A stretch of 58,854 nt of DNA, filler included, from Stramenopiles sp. TOSAG23-3 (Eukaryota), in assembly GCA_900128585.1 (NCBI GenBank). It is 6 parts of 6 records of this genome, joined end to end, with 100 filler letters (N's around TTAATTAATTAA, not from the genome) between each part and the next. Parts side by side here need not be neighbours in the genome. Positions count along the whole stretch, not along the records: positions 17,710 to 35,283 come from LT642447.1; positions 35,384 to 52,892 come from LT642448.1; 4 more parts are not named here. One strand, written 5' to 3'. The translations under genes were made by a program, and so were the position numbers. The notes under the pieces are model-generated. The model had not been told where the DNA came from. It searched no databases and saw nothing but the letters and a program-made list of their open reading frames with translations. Numbering within the stretch: position 1 is the first letter of the stretch; each line of letters begins with the position of its first letter. Of the stretch, positions 33,666 to 44,000 are shown one piece after another.

Positions 33666-33924
33666 TGTGAGAATTCGGTTGGGACCAACAATGTAAAAAC
33701 AAAACAAAAACTACGGGGTTTTTCTACGTCTTCTATCAGCTCTACTTCCACCACCACGAAATATTTGAATACATTGCACACATACATTTTATTCTTCACA
33801 TCATTCAAGAGTTGTTTCGGAGGAGGTATATTTGTTTTATTACTACCTATATATACTACTTACATTATTATTATTTTAATGACGTAGTAGTAGTCGTCGT
33901 CTTTTTTAATTAATAATAAAAATA

Positions 33925-34095
33925 TCTTCTTCTTCTCTCTTTCTTCTCTCTTTCTTCTCTCTTTCTTTCTTCTCTCTTTCTTCTTCTCTCTTTCTTCTTC
34001 TCTCTTTCTTCTCTCTTCTTTCTCTCTTCTTCTTTCTCTCTTCTTCTTCTCTCTTCTTTCTCTCTTCTTCTCTCTTTTTTTTCTTTCTTTCTTCT
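33925..34095. repeat. CT-rich microsatellite
   Basis: Directly visible (TTCTCTCT/TTC)n tract. Confidence 0.9.
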
Positions 34096-35283
34096 GTCTG
34101 CTGCTGCTTCGTGCTTCGTGTCGTCTTCTCTTGTCGTGGGATTCATCAGTGAGTTTGTAAGGTAAGGAAGATTAAATCAGAAATAAAAAACTGATATTCA
34201 TAGGAATTGGGATTGTATTATGTATATATATATTGTATTCTATTTAGCATTTCCCGTCAATTCTTGTGATTTGTTCAATCGTATTGAATGTATTATAAAC
34301 CCTCCTTGTGATTATATAATATTTACGTACCTGATGAATATTTATTTATGGATGATAGGCACATTGCCACAACCGTTATTAACTAGTTTTCAAATTAGGT
34401 TTTTTAATTCTAGTATTATTCCCATGTTAACTAGTTTTCAAATGAGGTTTTTTATTCTCTTACTATACTATACCCCTGTTAATTTTAATTGCTTTTTTGT
34501 TTTTGATTGATTCACCACCCCATACTCCTTCTCTTTTTCTTTCCCTTTTGTACTTACTTGTACTGCCTTTGTTGATATTATTAAAATTCTTCTTATAAAT
34601 TCGACGTTACAAAACGATATGTATTCTATTGTTATATTAAGTACAAGTTATATATAGGTAAGGGTAGTAAAAATGTCTATTTTGAGGGATCTACAAAAAA
34701 CAATGCTAAATACCTATTAAATCTCAACACACGCACCATTGTTCTTCCTTTCCAGTCGTACCTCACATCATCGTCAATTATCATTTTTATCATTTTTTTT
34801 TTGCTGCCACAACAAAAATCACTTAATAATAATTGTTGTAACTAAGGTTAATATTTTATGTTTCATTGTGTGTATATGTACTTTTATTTCTTTGTTGTTA
34901 TTGGTAGCAACAGCAAACCCAACCCGCCCGACCGGAGGAGCGGAGCGAGCGATGACCCGCCATCTATCGACTATCAAAACATTATTCGCGACCGGATGGG
35001 TGGAATAATATAGTACAATCAGTAATTTTGTTGTACGAGGGGTAGAAATGGAAGTGAAATATTTAGTGCATGTTGCAGTGACAAAGAAGTGAAATACAGT
35101 TTTGTTAGCAATCCATCAATAGTTGACTACGAAGTATACAAACCGGTGGAACAACTCAGCACTACACGTCAAGGCATCCGTACGTTTGTTGATCAGAGCG
35201 TCTAGAACAGTTCGCGTCGCGTTCGCGTCACTCAGCGATACCATATAGCCTGTCCAATGCAGAAGAACACTCCTATGGCTGGT

Positions 35284-35383
35284 NNNNNNNNNNNNNNNNN
35301 NNNNNNNNNNNNNNNNNNNNNNNNNNNTTAATTAATTAANNNNNNNNNNNNNNNNNNNNNNNNNNNNNNNNNNNNNNNNNNNN
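35284..35383. other. Artificial contig linker/gap
   Basis: N-run with central TTAATTAATTAA. Confidence 0.97.
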
Positions 35384-35507
35384 CAGTGCTTGCAGATGAA
35401 CCGTAATCAACTTCCTCATCCGATATCTCACTCAGAGATAAATCAATCCTTGTACCATCTTCTTATCTTTTAGAGAGGTAATCATTAAGAATTAACAGAT
35501 ATATTTT

Positions 35508-35746
35508 ACAAAATAAATTGGCTGCACATATATTTTGTTTAAAAAGAATTTAGAGATTTAAAAACAAAAATTTGGCTGTTACTTTTAGATCTTCAGAAGG
35601 TACACTTACATCTGTATGTGTAAAAAACAAATTATATAGTATGTTTACGAACACGAAACGATCAAACTCAATACCGATCATTATTTTATAGAGCAGTACA
35701 ACAGACAATTAATTACTAAAATAACAGCCAATTTTCTTGTTTTTTT
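35508..35746. repeat. Inverted pair of the dispersed TTGGCTGTT element (MITE-like arrangement)
   Basis: Forward copies at ~35508 and 35560; reverse-complement copy at 35707-35744. Confidence 0.75.
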
Positions 35747-35827
35747 AATAACAGCGCATAATATATTTTTGGATTTAAACATTTAATTTTCTGACACAAA
35801 TAAAATTGAATTAAGGTTTTTTTTCTC

Positions 35828-37979
35828 CTACACAAGGGAAGTATTTGGGTTTACTCTTTTCTGCAGCGGAGATGCGTATTGTGCATAATTCCTGTTTCCT
35901 CCCTGAGGAGGTGGCATCGACGGCGGAACCGGCAGCATTTTTGGACTCGGTTTCTCTGGACTCCCCGGCGCTAAATTGCCTAACTGTTGGTCGACCATAG
36001 GTAACGCCAAACTTTTAAATTGTTCGTCAAGTTCTTCCGAGTCCCAGTGGTCGTGAAGCCCACTGTGTTTCCCGTAAGCTTGGCCAACAAGATCGTCATC
36101 GTCCTCAAATTCAACTGGAGGAGTCACTTCTCTGTTTGCAATTTCTTCCCTCTCTGCTGCTTCAAGCTCCGCATCCGTCATTTGCCCTAATGCATCACCG
36201 TACTTATTTCGTCTAAGTTTTGATTTGTGAGCTCTTGCATGGTATTCCAAACGGTGACGGTGTCGTTTCTGTTGTATCATATGTCCATGGCCATCTGTGT
36301 GAAAGTCTGGTAACGGCTCGTTAATCCAATCGCTAAACTTTATGTAATCGATTCCGCTTGCAGCTTGGTACACCCCAGAAGCCCTTGCATTTTCTTTACT
36401 TCCAAACTTCCCCATTAAAAACGGCAGGATCTCCCTCCTCCATTCAACGGGACTAATCAACCCTTGTTCCAATATAATGCCCAAAGCTTTCCACAAGTTT
36501 TCCGGCTTTAAAATCCCAGAAGGATGTTCCCACCCGTAGCTCTGCGCATCCAGGTTAGTGAAGAGGGCTTTGATGTCCATTCCCCGGGACTTGCGTTCGT
36601 GAAGGGCCATGCGCATCCTGTCGACCGGGTGACTGGCACCTTTCGTTTCGTATTTCATCAGTTGATAAACATACTTTTCTTTCATGCCTGGGTGTTTTCC
36701 GTCGGCAAACGTCATGCCTCGCCCATACCCCATCAGAGTGCTCACTAAATGCTTGACGTCATCTTCAGCCAATGACATTCTTGTGTACAAGGCCGCTGCG
36801 ACCTCTGCTCTAGTGACACCTTTCATCATTTCACCGTTCTTGCCCAAGCGCAGGTAGGACTCCCAGGCTAGATCGGCTAAAATATCAGCCAAATTTTTCC
36901 AATCTCGTATGGCCGTGTGAGTATCGTTTGGATCTTGGTGCAAGACACACCACCGTTGATACTTTTCTTGTAGGTACTTTCTATCAAAGTTCATGTAGCC
37001 TTCGTGTGAAAACCTATGGTCGCCATTGCCATCTACGTACAATTGGCACATTTTTGAGCCTTTGAATGTGGGCTGTAGCAATTTGAAATCTGCGCATAGT
37101 TGAGCAAATCCTTGCAAGCTTATGGTACTTTGAAGGGCCTTCATTCTATCGAACGTTGGGCTTTTGTTTAGCTTCTTTACCCCATACGTTGCGCAGTACG
37201 CCTTGAACAGCATTTGAAGGCCATAGCTAAATAAATCTTGAACGGCGTCCATGTGGGGATCATGGTGTGGTAAATCTTTTCGAACCCGGTCAGGTTTTCC
37301 TTTGGCAAACGGGCCGTTCCACCACGAACCCTCGGCTTTTCGCGATCGTGCTATCAATCGCTTTCCGACGGTTGCTGATGTTCAAACGTTCCAACATGGT
37401 GTACAATTTGGGAAAGTCGGGAAGTTTGTCGAGCAAACGCTCAACGACACACGAAGCCTGTAACTGGCGGGCCGCTTTGGCCCTTAGGTACCGTTTGCGC
37501 TGTTGCTGGCCCCTTACCATGCTCGCAATGATCGTAACGTTGTCCCAAATTCGCTGGCGTCTTATACGCAACATGGAACCGCGTGCGAGCTTTTGGATAC
37601 GTGTCGCAGCTGTCTGTTCGGTAAGCGGTTTCTCTTTTTTTACAGATATTACCTTGAGATAGGCAGCTGGGGCTATGCCTCGATGCTCAAAGTGCGCATA
37701 GTCGTCGTCAATCTTTTTCCCACCCAAAGTGATTCGTTGGGCAAGCCAGTACTGCCCTTGTAACCTTTGGACCCCGAACTTTTGGTTTCTGTCCTTTGGG
37801 ATTGGAACCCATTCTTCAAAGTCATCATCAAGTTCTTCTTCATCATCACCAATGTCATCATTTTGAAGGGCCAGAATTCGAAACTGATCTCCCTTTTTCA
37901 TTTCTTCAAAGAGCTCTTCATCTTCAGCCTCTCCCTCGAACGCTTCTAGTTCCTCAGGTGTGGCTTTGTAATCTTCCAT
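35828..37979 (-). CDS. IQ-motif and degenerate EF-hand protein, split into two frames (intron or frameshift near 37290-37450)
   Basis: IQ motifs AATRIQKLARG and IASMVRG; EF-like segments IKALFTNLDAQSYG and GIDYIKF. The two ORFs overlap with a +1 offset. Confidence 0.65.
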
Positions 37980-39035
37980 GACTTGTACAATAATTACGTC
38001 TGAAGGAAGGAAGGAGCGCTGGGAGATACCCTATAATAATAATTAAATTTCTATAGTTGGAATAGTCGTCTAGGATCTATAGGAAGTGCGGTCAAGAACT
38101 GTATAGTCTATGAAATATGAAGTGGACATTCGATATCATATGATATATCAGTAACAGAAAAGTTCGAAATGATTGTTTTATTCCTCGCTTCCAATCGTCA
38201 GTTTAATTAGTTTAATTAGATTCAATACTACTGCCTGTTTATTTTTATTTGAAACCGCTGTATAAAAATAGATTATTCGTCATCAGATCATCAGATTCAT
38301 TTTATTTCAATAACCGTACTACGAAGTCAGTATAATAAATAGCATTTAATATGAAATAGCAGACCAACTAAAAAATCCAACTAACTGAAAAATAATTGAT
38401 ATATTAAGGATAATATTTATTTACATTATATCACATTTATCGAGAAAATATTTATTAATAATACAGTATACGTTAGATATATTTATTGAGTAAAACACAA
38501 AATAATAAAATAATAAAATAGACGACTACCTTAATAAAAGAAATAACGAAAAGAGAGCCCACAATATTTTTCAATTTTGGATCAAGCCTCTACAATTATT
38601 ACACTACGGTAATTAAGTAGTATTTAATTAAACAGTCCCTATTAATTATATTTTAATGAGAAAAATTAAAAAAGGAGAAAATTTTATGATGAAAATGAAT
38701 GAGCTTGTTTTACTACATACTGTATCATATTACTATTATATTACTACTATGCCAGGTACAGGTTTTCTTCTGGTTCGTTCCGTGGTTTGTCGTTGTTGGT
38801 GTTGTAGTAGTAGTAGTATAAAACGTAGCAGCTAAACAAACTCAAATCGACACCAGCTGTACGTGGTCGTGCCAAAGAGCTTGTAATTACATTGACCATG
38901 AAAAGTATTTAAAGAAAAGGAAAAATTCAATGAAAAAGAAAGGCGCGCTTGCCATTGGGTAAACGTTTAACCACACACTGAGGGAGAAACACTGGGAAGC
39001 ACTGCAATTGTTAAGAAGGTACGCAACTGAGAACA

Positions 39036-40508
39036 ATGTCAAAGACTACGCCCACAGACAATGAGGTGCGCCCCCCGGCACGCGCTGCCAAAGATAAAGA
39101 GGCATGGGGAGCCGGAACAGAAGTAGAAGAAGAAAAGTTACAGGATGCCGCAAACAATGGAGGAAGTGAAGGAATGAGTGCTGCAGAGGAGTATGAGAAA
39201 GGGAAGAGGCTGATTCCCAAACTGCAGTTCTGGAATCTGGCTTGCTTCTGGCTGGCATTGTTTGGCGCGGTTATGATGGTAGTGGAACTTGAATTGTCGA
39301 GGCTGCAAGCTGACAACATTGTTGACGTGGGTTACGAAATAAACGCGATAATCAAAGGGTGCACTTCGCTTTCCACACTTTTACTGCTGTTTTCGATCAA
39401 CCGATACTGGCACGTGAAAATAGAAGTGTTCAAAGTGAAGCATTTGGTGCACGATTCTGCGACAGTGTGGAGTGTTCCAGACTTCAAAAGGGCAATTTTA
39501 ATTGAGTTCCTTGTATGCTCGTTTCACATTCCGCCATATGTAGATCAGGCCATCGGCCCGTTGTACACCAATTTGCACTCCAACGCCCTCGGCTGTTTTA
39601 TGTTTTTGCGACTGTACATGCTTCCAAGAATTATAAAGCAACATTTTAAATCAAATTACGTGTCGCACAAAGTACGAATTATTGGGGCAATCAACAAAGT
39701 TCCGTTTAACAATTTGTTTGTCATCAAGGCGTCGCTCACACTTCATCCATATTCAATGTTGATGGGGGCGTTGCTTACGTACGTCCTCGTGTCCGCATTT
39801 TGTTACGAGGTGACCGAGCAGCAGATTCCGATCTGCAATTCAGGGCCAGACGTCGACCCAGATATATGCCACCCGCCTGGCACATACTATTGGAGATGGG
39901 TGGTGTTTGCATTTGCATTGATTCTTGGCATTGAACCAAAGACTGTGCCCCTCACGAAAGTAGGGCAGAGCCTTACCATCGTTGGGGCCCTTGTCGGGAC
40001 AATTTTACTTGCTACGTTGATTGCCGTTGTGGCGCAAACGCTGACTCTTAGTAACACGGAATCACGTGTCGTGGATCAAATACGAACAAGGGCATTGACC
40101 GAAGCCGTGAAGGATAAAGCAGTTCGGTTCATTCAGAAATATTGGCGGTTTGTAATCCACGTGAAAAAAGAGGCCCGGAAAAAGGGGGGAAACACGGAAA
40201 AGTCCAAATTGACTTTAAAAGTTGACGGGGATATTGACGGGGATGGAAAAGTTGACCCGGCCGAGCGCCGGGCGAAAGAAGGGTTGATCCACGCTCTTCA
40301 CCAATGGCGAGTGATGAAGCGCAAGGGAAAGGAAGAAAGCCAGTTGACCACCCTGTCAAAGGACGTATCTACAGTACTAGACGATGTTAGCCATTTGAAA
40401 TCCTGGAGCTCGGAAACTAATAAAAAGGTTGAGGACTTGAAGACAAGTGCTTTAGACGAAATCAGCAAAGTGTCTGAAAAATTGGACAAGATTTTGAACA
40501 AACTCTAA
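39036..40508 (+). CDS. SK/IK (KCNN)-like Ca2+-activated channel homologue with non-canonical pore
   Basis: Motifs IEFLVCSFHIPP, MFLRLY, IKASLTLHP, VVAQTLTLSNTESRV and KDKAVRFIQKYWR (calmodulin-binding helix); six TM segments and a C-terminal coiled coil. Confidence 0.85.
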   Translation: MSKTTPTDNEVRPPARAAKDKEAWGAGTEVEEEKLQDAANNGGSEGMSAAEEYEKGKRLIPKLQFWNLACFWLALFGAVMMVVELELSRLQADNIVDVGYEINAIIKGCTSLSTLLLLFSINRYWHVKIEVFKVKHLVHDSATVWSVPDFKRAILIEFLVCSFHIPPYVDQAIGPLYTNLHSNALGCFMFLRLYMLPRIIKQHFKSNYVSHKVRIIGAINKVPFNNLFVIKASLTLHPYSMLMGALLTYVLVSAFCYEVTEQQIPICNSGPDVDPDICHPPGTYYWRWVVFAFALILGIEPKTVPLTKVGQSLTIVGALVGTILLATLIAVVAQTLTLSNTESRVVDQIRTRALTEAVKDKAVRFIQKYWRFVIHVKKEARKKGGNTEKSKLTLKVDGDIDGDGKVDPAERRAKEGLIHALHQWRVMKRKGKEESQLTTLSKDVSTVLDDVSHLKSWSSETNKKVEDLKTSALDEISKVSEKLDKILNKL

Positions 40509-40585
40509 AAAGAGAATTCCAGCAAATATGATATACTCGTACATTAATTTTAAGAAGTAGTCTCTTCTCGTTTATACCTAGAAAT

Positions 40586-40999
40586 AAAAACAAAAAATTT
40601 GGCTGTTTGTGATATAAATAAAAACAAGAAAATTGGCTGATATTTAAGTAATTAAATTTAGCTTCCTCATACCCTAATCCACAAGAAAAATCCTAAATTG
40701 ATTCTGTAATTTTGTTTCGTTGTTGGTTGTCAATCACCGAGGGGATGATATAATTTCCAATGAACGATTTGATTCCATTTGTCCGTTAATAACAGCCATT
40801 TAATTTGTTTTTAAAAAACACATCACATCGCATTTTGTTTTTATGATATGATATCTCTTGAAACATTAAAACAAGAAAATTGGGTGCCAATTTTCTTGTT
40901 TTTATTTTTAAGTATGATAATTAAAATCAATGTACTGCAAGAGACATTTTGCTTTATCATAACCACATCTCATTAAAATAACAGCCAATTTTTCTTGTT
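40586..40999. repeat. Cluster of the dispersed TTGGCTGTT element, including a perfect 16-bp-arm palindrome
   Basis: Forward copies at 40586 and 40620, reverse copies at 40788 and 40975, and a hairpin at 40868-40902. Confidence 0.85.
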
Positions 41000-41077
41000 A
41001 TTTATATGATTTGAATTACCTTATATTTTTAGTTGCTTCTCGTAATTATTTTATCCAGTGTACCCCCCGTCCCACAA

Positions 41078-44000
41078 TTAGACCATGGATTGCCGCAAGT
41101 CTCCTGGCGGCTTCTTAACGTTTGGTCTCGACTTCCAACTCAAATTGCTTGTTGCACCCGAAAGCCTTTTTAATGTAACCACATGTTTGTGCCATGTTTT
41201 CAGGATTTTGTATACAACGCTTGCGCGTGGCCGTTCATCCATTTTTTGCGACCAGCACATGTTAACAATGTCCACATATCCAACCTTCATCTCTTCGTTG
41301 TAAAAATGGAAATTCTTAATCGATTCCATATTTTTCATCGTAATGTCTGGCCGTGCGCTTTCGTTCACAATTGCCCGATTAACAACATTTACAGGTTCCC
41401 CTTCAAACGGCATTTTGTGTGAAAGCATCGCCCAAAGAAGGACTCCCATGGAAAATACGTCCCCGGCTTCCGTGTATTGTTCTAGCATCAATATTTCAGG
41501 CGGTAACCAGCCCGCGGAATTGGCTTCATCGGAAAGGGTCTCGGGGGCTTTGTTGCTTTTCACGATGTTACGATGTATCCCTACTAATTTAGTAAGGACA
41601 GGGGCATCCTCTTGAAATAAGCAAAACACTTCACTCGCCGACAAGCGGCCATGAAATATATTTTTGTCATGGAGATAGCGAAGGGCATCAAGCAAATCGA
41701 GAGCAACCCGTAACTTAGCAATCCATCCTATAGCCGGACCCTCTTCAATAATCACAGTTTTCAGGTTCCGGAACGACCTCTCATCGACTTGCTCAAACAG
41801 CAAAAAGCGTGTCGGATTAGGTTCTGCTGGGTTCCAAGTGCACCCAATGAATTTAAGCAAAGCGCGATGGTTGCACGAAGACAGATCATTGATTTGTTGA
41901 ATCATGTTTTGCTCATTTTTCTTTATATTCTTCAATTTCTTACCTCGTCGAAACTTCAGCAAAAAAGCGTACACCCGGGCGGGGGACGATACATCTACAT
42001 CTAGTTTCCCTCGCAAGTAGGAATCATGTAAGGAGCATTTGTCACCTGGGGGATCATTTATTTTAAAATTCCCTTCTTGTACGTACCACTTATGCTGCGA
42101 CGGATCGAAACCACTAGGCAATCGAGCTGTCTGGGCACCGGGATCCAGTGAACGATCCACTTTTGCATTTGGATTTTTAGTCCAGTTCGCAAGCTTTACA
42201 CCACTAGTTTCGATACCATCGGTATCATCCTCGCCACGTAGAAGCTTAGTGCATGCTTCTGCGGCGGAGTGCCGCTTTTCTGGATTATTGTCCCAGCAAG
42301 TCTCTGCCACTTTCTGAATCCCTTCGGCCTCAGCTTCATTTAGGCCAGGGCCGTCAAATACCCACGTTGGTCTTAGATTGTGATTTGCAACCTGCAAAAC
42401 TCGTTGGTATGCATTGCTAGTAGCGTCAAAGAAAAGCTCTTTTCTGGTCACAATTTCATAGAGTATGAGCGAGAAAGCGAAAATATCCCCTGATTGCGTG
42501 TATTCCCCACCCAACGTAACCTCAGGCGGTTGGTAAAGAAGGGTGCCTTTGGGACCAGAAGACGCCGGGACGTTTTCCTCAGACTCTCCGTCGTCCCTGT
42601 CTGAGGTAATTGCCCGCAAACTTTCAGAGTGCGTGGGCGCCATGTCATCTTTGACGAATTCACTCAAGCCAAAGTCGCTAATTTTGCACACCCAGTGCTC
42701 GTCTACCAGGATATTCTCGCTTTTCATATCGCAGTGGGTCATTCCCTTAGAGTGCAAATATTCAAGGCCCAAAGCGATATTAGAGGCAAAGGCATGGAGG
42801 CTCTCTGCACTCAGATTAATGCTGTAATCTTGCAATATACGATTTAAGGTTCCCCGTTCCATGTAGTCAATCACAAGGGAATGGGTATTTAGTATTGCCC
42901 CAACAAATTGAACCAAGTGCTTGTGGCGCAAGTCGACCAAACTGACCAATTCTGCTACAAAGTCAGCATTTGAAAGAGCTGCTTTTGCAAATTTCTTTAC
43001 TGCCACCTTTGTGTTCCCGTAAGTTCCCAGCAGGACTGTCCCATATGCACCTTTGCCGATCGTCTTTTGAATTTCAACCTCCTTTGCATCTATTGTCCAT
43101 GCATCGGACTTGGCAGAGACAATCCTCTTTATACTCTTGTAGTAATTTGTATTGGCGCACGCTCTCAGCGTCTTGGTTACAATATTTGTGAACCTGGGGT
43201 TGAAATAAAATGCCCACAAGGCAGATGCAGTCCACCACCTGCACGCAGCACTCACCAGTAAGTTGATTGTCCCGTCTTGGTTTATGTTAGCGATGTTCAT
43301 GTAGAGAATTAGCGGAATTAGTTGAGAAATTGCACCGTTGTAAACTGCCATACCGATCGAGTCACTATCTTGAAATATCGTTTCCACATAACTGTTTTGA
43401 ACAGACAAAAGAACCGCAAAAACTGTCATGCAAAATTCTACGAGTACAATAAAAATGTGCCACATGCTTGATGACAACGCCATGTTTATGGGGCACACAC
43501 TTTGGGCGTAAAAAACAGGCGCTTCCCCGGGCGCTACGTATGGGTTTGAATACAAAAGTGTGGGTGCGTTTTGTGCTTGATCTGTTAGAATCCAAAGCAA
43601 CAAGTACACAACTTCCAGTAGAAAGATCACCAAAGTGACGACAATCATTTTCTTAGATTCCTCTGGAAGATAGGAGCGTATCTTTTTGCTTGCAAAGATT
43701 TTTGTCATAGAACGTAACCTGCATACCAAGGGTACAACGGTAAGAACAATTGAGAAATACCTCGACAAAAACCCGGCAGTACAATAAAAGTCTCCATCAT
43801 TTTCCTCCATTATTTTTTCTGTAGACACCGGTTCTCGAGTGGAAAGGGCAACGTCAATGTAAACAAGAGAAATACCAACGAGGAGAACATACTCATAATT
43901 ACGACGGTGCTTTTCGTTGCTACTCAACCTCAAACCCTTGAGTTTTGGAACCACTGCACGCCAAACGATGGACAACAGACAATACACCGCATTTACAATG

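Noticed and set aside
34379..34455. Short direct duplication TTAACTAGTTTTCAAAT(T/G)AGGTTTTTT
   Set aside because: Two local copies only; an ordinary tandem duplication in AT-rich DNA.
35040..35283. Possible gene fragment next to the gap
   Set aside because: Only ~55 open codons and no motif.
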